A stretch of DNA of 64,000 nucleotides. It comes from Saccostrea echinata (taxonomy: Eukaryota). Positions 1 to 10,615 of the stretch are shown one piece after another. Numbering within the stretch: position 1 is the stretch's first letter; each line of letters opens with the position of its first letter. The stretch covers positions 5,890,001-5,954,000 of the forward strand of contig NW_026889803.1 of the NCBI RefSeq assembly GCF_033153115.1, written 5' to 3'. The notes below the pieces were generated by a model. That model saw nothing but the letters and a program-made list of their open reading frames with translations, searched no databases and had not been told where the DNA came from. The translations under genes were made by a program, and so were the position numbers.

Positions 1-1112
1 ACCAAACTTGCATGGATGATGCATCTACTGATGGACACTACCACACTTGCTTCAAATGCTGGATCTGACCTACATTTTCCAGTTGAGTGACCAGGCTAAA
101 GTTTTTAGAGCAGGTCCATTCCCAAGTAACTAGAAGCCCTACCTTAACCAAACTTGCATGGATGATGCATCTAGGGATGGACATTACCACACTTGCTATA
201 GATGCTGGATCTGACCTAGATTCTTCAGATGAGTGACCAGGTTAAAGTTTTTGGAGCAGGTTCATTCCCAAGTAACTTAAGCCCTACCTTGACCAAACTT
301 GCATGGATGATGCATCTAGGGATGGACACTACCACACTTGCTTCAGATGCTGAATTAGACCTACATTTTTCAGATGAGTGACCAGGTTAAAATTATTTGA
401 GCAGGTCCATTCCCAAGTAACTATTAGGTCTACCTTAAACAAACTTGCATGGAAGATGCATCTAGGGATGAACACTACCACACTTGCTTCGGATGCTGGA
501 TCTGACCTAGATATTCCAGATGAGATACCAGGTAAAAGTTTTTGGAGCAGGTCCATTCCATAGTAACTATGAGCCTTACCTTGACCAAACTCACATGGAT
601 GATGCATCTTGGGATGTACGCTATCAAACCTGCTTCAGATGCTGGATTTGACCTAGATTTTCCACATGAGTGAATTTTAGCCATATTTTAACCAAATAAG
701 CATGGATGATGTAGCTAGGGATAGTCACTTCCAGACTTGCTTTGGATTCTGAATCTGACCTACATTTTCCAGATGAGTGACCAGGATAATTTATTTGGAG
801 TAGCTATATAACATGTCCTGTTATGATTAAACTTGCATAGATGGTGCATCTAAGGATGAAAACTTCCAGACTTACTTTGGATTGGAACTGACCAAAATTT
901 TCTTGATAAGTAAACAGAATAAACGTTTTTTGAACAGGTCTATTTCCAAATTACTATAATTCCTACTTAAACCAAACTTGCATGGATATTGATCTTGAGA
1001 TGTACACTAACTTAAAAAAGAATATGCTGTGAAATTTGCCTTACTTAAAGATACATTTGTAACATTGTAACATTCGTCGAGGTGAGCTTCGTAATCTTTG
1101 ATTACCTATGTT
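1..1112 (+). mobile_element. 3' part of a non-autonomous Helentron-like (HINE) element with a ~146-bp tandem satellite array
   Basis: Monomer start ACCAAACTTGCATGGATG recurs at 1, 147, 292, 438, 584 (period ~146) and decays to ~1000. It is followed by the typical 3' end: GGTGAGC, hairpin GTAATC-TTT-GATTAC, then TGTTT at ~1081-1112. Confidence 0.7.
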
Positions 1113-1391
1113 TAAAAGTTGCACAGAATCTAGTAGGAATGTTGTGAACTTCATAATGGTGTACAGCGCCATTGACTAAGTGTATGATATTAACTGCTGG
1201 AACAGATAGAAGATATTACTAAGGATTTATTTATTATATATAAATAATTGAAATAATGAAGAAGGAGAATTTGAAATTCACATATTTATAAATATTTATG
1301 AAGTTAAACTTTAGTAATTCATTCTCTTCAGTAGAAGTCCTGAGTTGTCAATGGCTTCGTCTTCGGTGATCTCTCCAATTGTATATGTAAT

Positions 1392-1519
1392 AGTTATTGT
1401 ATATTTATTATGGTTTATCCTGATTTATTTGGACAAAGGGCGGTGACAAGTATGAAGCACAAGTCTCCGCTCCTTTGTCCAAATAAATCAGGATACACCA
1501 TAATAAATATTCAATAACT
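1392..1519. repeat. ~128-bp imperfect palindrome, probably the terminal hairpin of a Crypton-like non-autonomous element
   Basis: AGTTATTG.ATATTTATTATGGT.TATCCTGATTTATTTGGACAAAGG pairs with CCTTTGTCCAAATAAATCAGGATA.ACCATAATAAATAT.CAATAACT. The family assignment is inference from architecture. Confidence 0.75.
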
Positions 1520-1597
1520 TTCTTGTATCATGGCCAATCAAAACGTCAATAATTGTCATGTCACAAATTTTCAAGCATGATTTTTAATTTCACCAAT

Positions 1598-2582
1598 AAA
1601 CCAGAAGTCTCTGATGAGACTGTAGCTCTACTGGTTGTATTTATAAAAGAAGATAAAAGTAGCACTTGGACTTGAAACTTTGCAACAGCAATAAATAGAA
1701 TAATGATCCTTGGTTTAGTCTCTTTTGTGGCAAGATTTATTATCATATCAGACGAAAACTGTAAGAGGAGTAGCCTTTTAAAACAATTTTACAGAAATTT
1801 TGATTTAAGTAACCATGGCAACATCATTCAACAAAATCAAAAAACAATAACACCAATTACATATCTCTGTAGTCTACTTGTATGCCACATTATACTGAAA
1901 TCAGACAAAAAGTGTAGGAGGAGTAGCATTTTGAAAGTATTTCAAGAAAATTTCTATTCTTAGTAACCATGGCAACATTGTTCACTGAAATTGGTACAGA
2001 GAATTATGTATCTTAGTGTAGTTTACTTGTGTGCTAAGTAATACTAAAATCAGACCAAAACTGTAGGGGTAGCATTTTGAAGGTATTTCAACAGAATTAT
2101 GTATCTTATTATAGTCTACTTGTGTGCCAAGTTATATTGAAATTAGATAAAAACTGTAGGAGGAGTAGCATTTTTGAAAGTATTTCACAGAAATTTCTAT
2201 TTTTAGTAACCATGGCAACACCGTTCATCGAAATCAAAAACCGATAAAAAGAATTATGCATCTTAGTATAATCTACTTGTGTGCGAAGTTATATTGAAAT
2301 CAGATAAAAACTGTAGGAGGAGTAGCATTTTGAATGTTTTTCACAGAAATTTCTATTTTTAGTAACCATGGCAACACCGTTCATCGAAATCAAAAACCGA
2401 TACACAGAATTATGTATCTTAGTGTAGTCTACTTGTGTGCCAAGTTATATTGAAAGCAGACCAAAACTGTAGGAGGAGTAGCATTTTGAACAATTGTTTA
2501 CAGACAGACAGACAGACGGACGGACGACGGACACCTTACTATCGCATAAGCTCTTCTGGTCTGTGACCAGTAGAGCTCAAAA
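1598..2582 (-). mobile_element. Complete non-autonomous Helentron-like (HINE) element with ~155-bp internal repeats
   Basis: Subterminal inverted repeats AGCTCTACTGGT (1624-1635) and ACCAGTAGAGCT (2566-2577); 3' hairpin AGTCTC-TGAT-GAGACT (1606-1621); (GACA/GACG)n microsatellite at ~2499-2532; AACCATGGCAAC monomer landmarks at 1811, 1965, 2208, 2364. Confidence 0.8.
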
Positions 2583-2633
2583 TAAAGTTTTTGTCAGGTG
2601 ACCACATGGATAATCTCTCCTTCTCGTCAGTAT

Positions 2634-2844
2634 TAAAGTAACTACCGAGGGTGTGTACTTATAATATTTATTAACAACTATATACAAATATACTCTTGTC
2701 GTGGGTTCTGGCCCGTGCTGACTCACCGTCTCTGCACCACGTCTGGTGTGCCTGACATCTTGGCGGTGAAAGAGGTTCGTGCGACTGTCCCGCCATCTGA
2801 CGTTGCATCATCAGTAGGTCATACCACGGGACAGTCGCACAGAT
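2634..2844 (-). repeat. 3' LTR (lacks its first ~6 nt)
   Basis: Direct repeat of 10401-10609; similarity stops at ...GCACAGAT. Confidence 0.93.
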
Positions 2845-3113
2845 TCTTTGAAAGGCGGGAGTCCACAGTGCGGGGGAGGGTCTGGAACCATCTCCAACGA
2901 TGGGGCGCTGTTAACGCCCACCCGGGCGGACGGCCCAGGGACGACTAGTGCCGGGGCGAGCCCCAGACAAAACACACCCAAGATAACTCCTGGGAAAGGG
3001 GTCCGGGATCGCTCCCAATTAAATACTTCCAGGCCCTAGGTCCGGGATAATTCCCAGGTAAAGAGTCTGGCCTGGCAGGGTACACTGGAGCGGGTCAAAG
3101 CCAGCTGACCCAC

Positions 3114-6100
3114 TCACCATTCCTGTAAAAACGCCAGAGTAACCCGTCTTACCCTGGGCCAAGATGGGGGCTCCAGAACAACACCAATGTTTGCTACCCG
3201 GGGTTCCCCCATACAATTGGGGCAGATATACTGATCCAGGGAGGAAGCCTCCTCTGAAGTGACCCCCACACAAACCCCGTGGAACCAACTGTCACACTGG
3301 TCGCATTGAATCATTAGCCCCCCATCATCCGGTCTACGACAGAAACAATAGAGCTCAGAGTCTGTCAGATCCCCATCTGACGACTTAGCGGACTCAGTAG
3401 AGGGCGACCGCACTTTACGTGGGCGCCCCCGTTTTTTCGGTATATGGGGAGGGTTGTCTGAGGACGAGCTCAACTGGGAAGGTCCAGGGACCACACTCGA
3501 GGGAGTTTTCTCCCCTGGGGACAATGGGACACTACTTAACTCACCACCTCCCTGGGACTGGGCTCTGAACTTCTCCTGATACAGGGACAGCCATAACGGT
3601 ATGTCCCGATCTACACACTTTTTCAGGCGATCATGATTGACAACCATCACTGTGAGCTTGGTCTTCACTCGGTAAAGGTGGGAACTTAACTTTTTCAAGA
3701 TAATACCTGGTTCCTTCCAGGAAGGGCTCAACTTTCTGCATTTCCCCTTGACAGTAGCCGTGTCAAGGACGTAAACTAGGTCACCTTCATTGTAAGTTCT
3801 GGCATGGACCTTCAAGTCATAATCCCTCTTCATTCGCTCCTCTGAGGTCCGGAGATGTCTCCGGGCTGTCTCATGAGCTGACTGGATGGTCTTCTCCAAA
3901 TTCACTACGTAGCCCTCAAGGTCAACAGCCGGGTCCCTCTGAGGTGGGGCATACATCAGATCAGCAGGGATATTCACCTCCCTGCCCAACATCAGCTTGT
4001 TCGCCGTAAAGCCTGTGTTCCGGTTGACTGCAGAGCGCAAGGCACCTGCTATCTGGGCAAGATGTTCATCCCAGCAGTTCTGGGCCTTGTCTATATAACA
4101 ACGCACAGCATCCATCAAGGTTCTATTATATCTTTCTACCTGGCCATTGGCTGAGGGACGATAAGGAGTGGTGTGGGCCTTATGGATCTGCAACAAGTCG
4201 CACACTGCTGTGAAGAGCTTACTTTCAAAGTTCTTACCCTGGTCGGTGAAGATCTGGAAGGGACAGCCAAAGCAACCAAAGAACTGATCGACCGCAGCAG
4301 TAGCTGTTGCCTCAGCAGTCTGAGTGGGCAGAGGGACACACTCCACCCACTTGGTGAACTGATCCACCATGACAAGTACATATTCATTACCCTGTTTAGT
4401 CCGGGGTAGGGACCCCAGAAAATCAAGATGGACTTTCTCCATAGGGGCACCAGCATGGTGCTTAATCATCTCTGCCCGGGCATGGCGCTGAGGATGCTTA
4501 TTCCTGCTGCAAGGACCACAGGTGCTCACGAACTGTTCTGCCTCCCTCATCACGCCATACCATAAAAATCTATCACGCAGGCGTGCCTTAGTTCTATCAA
4601 TGCCCTGGTGGCCTGCTGCTGGGACGTCATGGCACAGGCGTAGAACCTCCTTCCTCAACTCTTCAGGGACAACTAAAAGTCTAGTCTTCACACTCCCCTT
4701 CCCCACCTCTTTCCAAAGGACCTTGTCCTGATCTAAGGTGAAGGCCGTCCTATGGAGCCAATAGTTTTTAACTGCGGGACTTGCAAGGAACATCACACCT
4801 TCCTCTGGAGCTACATCATCGTCCAACCAGTCAAGAAATTGACTGATTTCCGAGTCCCTTGACTGGCATAAACTCATTTCCTCTGGGGTCAAACCCACAA
4901 ACGACAACAGGCTACCAGAATCGTCAGGGGGTGCCCCCACTACTGCCACAAAGTGGGGGTGCTTAGCAAGGCGAATCTGGGTCCGGAAGGGCCCCTCTAC
5001 TGACTCCTCATCATCAAAGTCAACTTCCGGGGGAGAGTAATGACCAATGCGACCTAACAATCCCCCAGAAACATAACCATAGGCCACTTCACTAACTGAA
5101 GGTTGGGCTGGTCCAGGGGGAGAGGGCAAGTCACTGGCTTCCTCAGTATTGCCCTCAGACTCTAAAACTGACTCCTCCACAGTTTCCACCTCCGAGCTAG
5201 GCGTATATATCCAGCTTCCAGGACTGGCCAAGGGTGCAATATTGTCAACCTCTTCTGCAAAGACATTCCAGGTCTGTTGAGCCTTAACACACCTCGGGCA
5301 TCCGCCACAAGGTAAGTCGCTGGGGTGTATGGTGACATCAGCTCCAGCACAGATGGCACTAGAAGGCAACCGGGACAGGGCATCCGCATTGACATGGCGT
5401 CGCCCCAGGTGATGCTGTATCTCCATGTCATACTGGCTGAGCTCTTCCATCCATCTGGCGAGTTGATCCTGGGGGTTTCTAAAGTTAAGGAGCCAAATAA
5501 GACTATGATGGTCCGTCCTCAAAATAAATCTCCTCCCCAGCAAGTAATGGCCAAACAGGCGGGTAAAGCGGATAACTGCCTGCAGCTCCTTTTGGGTTGT
5601 GCAGTACTTGCGCTGCTCCGGGGATAGACTGAGGCTTCCATAAGATATGGGTCTCTCCTGGCCATCTTGTAACTGGGAGAGTTCGACCCCTATGGCTTCA
5701 TTGGAGGCATAGGTGTCAAGTATAAACTCTCCATCGGGAATGGGGAGGGCCAGGACAGGCGGAGACGTAAGGGCCCTCTTTAAACCATCAAAAGCTGCTT
5801 GTTGCTCCGGGCCCCAGGCGAAGGGGTTCTTGCCTGTGATCTTGTAGATGGGCAGTGCCCACTCAGCATAACCCACAATGAATCCTCGGTGGTAGTTAGC
5901 AAACCCAAGGAACCTCTCTACCTCCTTTGTGTTGCCGGGGACAGCCCAGTCCTTGACTGCAGCAATGTAATCATCTCCCATCTCAATGCCTTCCTTGCTT
6001 ACCCGCCGCCCCAGGAATTCAACCTTGGTTTGGAAAAGTTTGCATTTCTTCGGCTTAAACTTAAAGTCGTACTCCCGGAAACGCATGAACACAGATCGCA

Positions 6101-6821
6101 AGTTCTCCAGGTGTTCCAGGAAGTCCTGACCTAAAACCAGGGCGTCATCTAAGAAGGCCAGAACAATACTCAAAGTAAGGCCTCTGAGTACAAGGTTCAT
6201 CGCCCTAGAAAAGGTAGCCGGGGCATTGCATAGACCAAACCCCATGCACACAAACTCAAACAGACCATACTTCATCAAAAATGCTGTCTTCTTCCTATCC
6301 TGGGGACGGATCTTTATCTGATGGAAGGCAGAGTTGGCGTCGAGCTTCGAAAACCATACATTCCCTGTAAGGTTGTCCAAGCACTCATCTATCAAAGGCA
6401 GGGGGAATACATCCTTCCGAGTCACCTTGTTCAAATGGCGGTAGTCCAAGCACCATCTGACCTGACCGTCTTTCTTCCTAATCAGAACTGGAGCTGAGGC
6501 CCATTCAGACATGGAGGGCTGTATCACACCAGCCTCCAGCATTTTCTTTAGGTGGGATTCCTCCTCACCAGCAAAGAACATGGGAGTACGTCTCATCCGC
6601 TCCTTTACAGGGGGTGCGTCTCCGGTATCTATCTCGTGTTCTAATGCGGTGAAGTTCCCAAAGTCGAACTCGCTCCGAGCAAATACATCTTGAAATTCCG
6701 AAGGCAGACTGGCCAGCGAGGCCCTCTTTTCTAAACCGAGTTCCACCGAGGAGCGCTCTAACAAATCCTGCAGAAATTCAGGCACCTCCGGATGTGGCTC
6801 CTGCCCCCCGATCCCCATCAT
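3114..6821 (-). CDS. pol: Gypsy Pol: reverse transcriptase, RNase H and integrase with C-terminal AT-hook and PHD finger
   Basis: RT motifs WCLDYRHLN, FSKLDANSAFHQI, GFGLCNAPATF, LAFLDD; RNase H LDTYAS...KELQAV...RTDHHSL...NADALSR; integrase HHCC (CHD..AGH...CGPC) and D-D-E (HLDF/TDQG/QVER); then KKRGRPRK and a C4HC3 PHD. Confidence 0.96.
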   Translation of the reverse strand: MMGIGGQEPHPEVPEFLQDLLERSSVELGLEKRASLASLPSEFQDVFARSEFDFGNFTALEHEIDTGDAPPVKERMRRTPMFFAGEEESHLKKMLEAGVIQPSMSEWASAPVLIRKKDGQVRWCLDYRHLNKVTRKDVFPLPLIDECLDNLTGNVWFSKLDANSAFHQIKIRPQDRKKTAFLMKYGLFEFVCMGFGLCNAPATFSRAMNLVLRGLTLSIVLAFLDDALVLGQDFLEHLENLRSVFMRFREYDFKFKPKKCKLFQTKVEFLGRRVSKEGIEMGDDYIAAVKDWAVPGNTKEVERFLGFANYHRGFIVGYAEWALPIYKITGKNPFAWGPEQQAAFDGLKRALTSPPVLALPIPDGEFILDTYASNEAIGVELSQLQDGQERPISYGSLSLSPEQRKYCTTQKELQAVIRFTRLFGHYLLGRRFILRTDHHSLIWLLNFRNPQDQLARWMEELSQYDMEIQHHLGRRHVNADALSRLPSSAICAGADVTIHPSDLPCGGCPRCVKAQQTWNVFAEEVDNIAPLASPGSWIYTPSSEVETVEESVLESEGNTEEASDLPSPPGPAQPSVSEVAYGYVSGGLLGRIGHYSPPEVDFDDEESVEGPFRTQIRLAKHPHFVAVVGAPPDDSGSLLSFVGLTPEEMSLCQSRDSEISQFLDWLDDDVAPEEGVMFLASPAVKNYWLHRTAFTLDQDKVLWKEVGKGSVKTRLLVVPEELRKEVLRLCHDVPAAGHQGIDRTKARLRDRFLWYGVMREAEQFVSTCGPCSRNKHPQRHARAEMIKHHAGAPMEKVHLDFLGSLPRTKQGNEYVLVMVDQFTKWVECVPLPTQTAEATATAAVDQFFGCFGCPFQIFTDQGKNFESKLFTAVCDLLQIHKAHTTPYRPSANGQVERYNRTLMDAVRCYIDKAQNCWDEHLAQIAGALRSAVNRNTGFTANKLMLGREVNIPADLMYAPPQRDPAVDLEGYVVNLEKTIQSAHETARRHLRTSEERMKRDYDLKVHARTYNEGDLVYVLDTATVKGKCRKLSPSWKEPGIILKKLSSHLYRVKTKLTVMVVNHDRLKKCVDRDIPLWLSLYQEKFRAQSQGGGELSSVPLSPGEKTPSSVVPGPSQLSSSSDNPPHIPKKRGRPRKVRSPSTESAKSSDGDLTDSELYCFCRRPDDGGLMIQCDQCDSWFHGVCVGVTSEEASSLDQYICPNCMGEPRVANIGVVLEPPSWPRVRRVTLAFLQEW

Positions 6822-7470
6822 CCAGGCTGCCTACTGTCCGCACCAAGTAGGGCACAGGCTGGTGTGGATCAGCTTCCACTGCAGTACCAACAAGGCTACC
6901 CCCTGTCAATGTCACATCTCGATCTGAAGCGTTCACTACACAGATTACTGCACTGTCCCCTCCCACATGGTATGTATGGAGCATAAGAAGCACATCAGAC
7001 TGCATATCAGTGCCAGGGACCACCACAAAATCATCCAGCTTCTGATCCAGGTGACAGAGGCATAAAACAACAGAGCCAGCTGGAACTCGTACCTTCCGGG
7101 CCAAAGTCACCCTGGCCTCCGGAATCTCCTCAGCTCGGCCGAAGTTCATTTTAATTGTCTCTCCTCCGAAGGTCAAAGTCCCATGCTCTAAATCTAATTG
7201 AGCCTTACGGGCATGAAGAAACTCCATGCCCAGCAACATGGGGTCCTGCTAGGGGGCAACATAAAGGTCAACCTCTTGAGTCTGCGTACCTATGCTCACT
7301 GCCACGGGTCTCACCATGAAACCTTTCAACTTGGTGTCCTTACCCGCCTGAGTCATAGTAACATGTTTCCATATCGGGGGCTTGGGCTCTAGCTGGTCAT
7401 AAACCTGAGTCAACAAAACACTGACCTCAGCCCCCGTGTCAACCACAGCACTCACCCGTGTGCCTTGCAC
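6778..7470 (-). pseudogene. Gypsy aspartic protease and linker, split over two ORFs
   Basis: VSAVVDTGAEVS in ORF 7249-7470; MLLGMEFL in ORF 6778-7239; a frame break separates it from the RT ORF. Confidence 0.85.
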
Positions 7471-7975
7471 AAGTAAACTAACAGAAAACCCTGTAGATGG
7501 ACGCAGCTATCCAATAGGTATGGTGGGCTCATTCCCCTCAACCTCTGGTGACCTCTGACCAGAGCCACCAGGCTTGGTCCTCCCAAAGCCCTGGAACTTC
7601 CTAGTCCTATCCCGAGCTGGTCCAAGTGGTTCCGGAGTGGAGTGGGGGGCCACAAGCTTCCCCACTTCCTCGTCCAAGGATGCCTCTTCCTCCTCAGCTG
7701 AGAATAGCTCTGGCGATTGGGGCCTCTCAAAGCGGACCCTCAATCTGCGCCACTTGCACCTATGCCGCATACAGAAGGGGGGTTGACTAGCCCCCTGCTC
7801 CTTACTCTCCGAGTCTGTCCTCTCTGGGGACTGCCCTGGGTTCATAAATCGAACTGCCTGGGAGGGCCCTCCCTGGGATCCAGGCCTTCCATTCTTTGGT
7901 CCCCTCTCCTGGGACTCGGACCTACAATACTTCTCACCAAGGGGTCCCTTCATCCGGGCTCCGCCCCGCAGCCCA

Positions 7976-10156
7976 TCAGTAGCTACTAACTTCCCAGCAG
8001 CTTGGGCAATCTCTACGGAAATGCCCCACCTCTACACACTTAAAACACACAGTGGGCTTCGGGTCTCGCTCTGCCAATCTGGGTGGCAGGGTACCAGTCC
8101 ACTGGGGTTTAGGGAGGGGGGCAGATCCTGTTTGCTTAACAGCTTGTTCCAGCTTTTCCATTCTGCTCTGGAGGGCTTCCAGCTCCTCCCCAGCAGCAAC
8201 ATTTACCATCCCGGGATGTCCTGTTCGGCGTCCTCATCGGAGATCAACTTCCGCAGCTCTTTCTTGGTCTTAGGCCTATGTAGCTGGGAGTGCAGGTAGT
8301 ACTGCATTCGCTCCACGGCTTCATCCATGGTCCTGGGATGCCCGTCGAGTGCGTAGAGGCCAGTGTCTCGGTCCTCGGCTCCATAACACAGCCTAGGTAT
8401 GGCGTGTGTGTGCAAGTCCGGCACACAAGGGAAGGCTCGCGTCGCCAAGGTCAGCACCCTGTCTGCCCACTGACGAAGTGACTCTCCTGATTCTGATTGG
8501 CAGCCTGGAAGTTGAGTTGATGAGTGAGATCGGGGGCAGAGGAGCCAAAACGCTTCTCAAATCTCTGCAAGATCTCACCTAGGCGGAGCTGGCTACTGGT
8601 TTCTAACAGCAAGGTGTAGTATTCACTGGCTGCCCCTTCAAGGGAAAAACAAAACTGGTCGTGCTGCTCCTCCTCTGTCCACAATTGGCTGCGAGATAAC
8701 CTAACGAACTTGTGCAAAAATGCCTTCCAGCTGGTCTTACCATCATACCTAAGGTCCTTATACCGGGGCTTACCCCCAGTGGCTGTCCTAACTGGGTATG
8801 GTGTGGTGCCCTGGTAACCAAGTGAGCCATAATGTACTGGTGTACTGAAGTTGCAAGCCTGGTTAGCCGGGACTGACTGACTAGCATAGTGTCCCGGATG
8901 GGCTGCCCCATACATGTTAGGTTGAACATGTGCTATCTTCTCCCCCTCCCTTCCAAAATGACAGGCTGGGGTATCGGGATGGGCAGGACTACAAGTCATT
9001 GACACAGGAACACTATGGTGCTGTAGTGCACTGGGCATAGCCATACCATGGAGTGTGGCTGGAGTACTCTCGCCTCGATACAACAGAGACTGGGCGAGGT
9101 CGGGTACTGGGGATTGGGCATGCCTACCCTCAGGATTGATGTACACTGATTGGGGCGCATGGTAAGGTGTGCTTGTGGAACTAGCATACAATGATGTAGG
9201 TTGGGGTCTGGCAGCAGTCACACCAGTGTCTAAAGGCCAAGAGACTAGGTTACCATTTGCTTGTGACTGAACCAGCGCTGGGGACACTCCAACATTTACT
9301 GGGGCTGGGGCAGATATAGTGCGTGGCATTGAGCTCCGGGGTTGCAAATCATCCCCAGGGAGAGAGGGCGCACCAAAATCTGCTAGTCTAGGTTGGCTCT
9401 GTATGTGTGCAGGGTCCCAGGTGAGCCCTAGAGGATCTACGGACCTCACATGTTGACGATCATACTCGGGGTGAGTTGTGCGGGCCTCACAGGCCTCTCA
9501 GGTTGCTGACTAACACACTGTGTATGGGACAGAAGGGCGGGGTCAAGTGGGTGTGGTACAACCTCACCCAAGCGGCTTGGTCTATAACCCATAGTAGCAG
9601 GGCTCCCCAGGTTAGCTGTGTCTTCCACAAGGACAGGGTGGCTACTAACTGAATGCACATGCCCTAAAGAATATGGATGCTCTAACCCTGAATTTGAAGG
9701 GGCCTCACTATATTCTTGTTTAGGGTGGGTACAACCCACAGTGCTACCAGGTGAGCTACACCTACACAGGCTACCTAGAGAGGACACCACGGAATCACTT
9801 GACATCATCCCTGGTGAGCCAAATTGAGGCTGGGCAAACCTTACCTCTTTTCCTGACTTTCCATGTAATACACTACCCTCCCCACAGGGGATGCCCGAGT
9901 GCAGGCCGGGCATAGGTGTAGAGGGACCCCCCAGGGGCAACCCCCCTCCCATGTGGCCTGACATTGGCTGAGCAAAAGGTGTGTGACAGGAGGCAAAATG
10001 CTCACTCCCGCTATAAGCGTATGGTGAATAACCCCCCTCCCCGGGGTATCCCCCCACCCTACCCGGAGTGTGAGGGGTGATATTGTCTGACCGCGTGACA
10101 GCCGGGTCACTACCCAGACCTAAAGCCGACACGGCTTCCTCCAGGGACATACCCAT
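7976..10156 (-). pseudogene. gag: Gypsy gag, frameshifted: long P/S/G-rich N-terminus, capsid-like core and CCHC knuckle
   Basis: LRYDGKTSWKAFLHKF...LEGAASEYY capsid-like motif; CFKCVEVGHFRRDC knuckle in ORF 7976-8209; split over ORFs 9446-10192, 8451-9449, 8203-8457, 7976-8209. Confidence 0.85.
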
Positions 10157-10388
10157 AATAAAATAGTACAAAATAATTTTCAAATGAATCACAGTCTACA
10201 AAATCACTAAATCACTTGCAATAAATATATACACAAATTGATTCCAGTTGATTCAAAATAATATTGTATCACAAAAATTTTGCAAATATCACACGTGCTC
10301 TCAGCACCAAAAACGGCGGCTAAAAACAATGCCGAGAAAAAAAAAACAAACTGACAGCAGTGCGGGAATCTAGCACCGGGCCCCGCGA

Positions 10389-10399
10389 GTTGGGCGCCA
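10389..10399 (-). promoter_or_regulatory. Primer-binding site, tRNA-Lys(CUU)-like
   Basis: Minus strand TGGCGCCCAAC lies 1 nt from the LTR end and matches the start of the canonical Lys1,2 PBS TGGCGCCCAACGTGGGGC. Confidence 0.85.
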
Positions 10400-10400
10400 G

Positions 10401-10615
10401 TAAAGTAACTACCGAGGGTGGTACTTATAATCTTTATTAACAACTATATACAAATATACTCTGTCGTGGGTTCTGGCCCGTGCTGACTCACCGTCTCTGT
10501 ACCACGTCTGGTGTGCCTGACATCTTGGCGGTGAAAGAGGTCCGTGCGACTGTCCCGCCATCTGACGTAGCATCATCAGTAGGTCGTACCACGGGACAGT
10601 CGCACAGATACTACA
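10401..10615 (-). repeat. 5' LTR (TGTAG...CTTTA on the minus strand)
   Basis: Direct repeat of 2634-2844, flanked by the TSD on one side and the PBS on the other. Confidence 0.95.

Larger units (their letters stand above)
2634..10615 (-). mobile_element. Ty3/Gypsy LTR retrotransposon, near full length (gag and protease frameshifted; RT-RH-IN frame open)
   Basis: Two ~215-bp direct LTRs (2634-2844, 10401-10615) differing by ~5 substitutions and 2 indels; GTAT duplicated at 2630-2633 and 10616-10619; PBS next to the 5' LTR; domain order gag-PR-RT-RH-IN. Confidence 0.97.

Noticed and set aside
329-684. Short ORFs in the 146-bp array
   Set aside because: Satellite monomers with no coding signature.
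2715-3288. Small ORFs near the 3' LTR as env or accessory genes
   Set aside because: Short GC-rich frames overlapping the LTR or pol end, with no signal peptide or transmembrane segment.
4136-6693. Antisense and alternate-frame ORFs within pol
   Set aside because: Expected shadows of a GC-rich coding region; no motifs.
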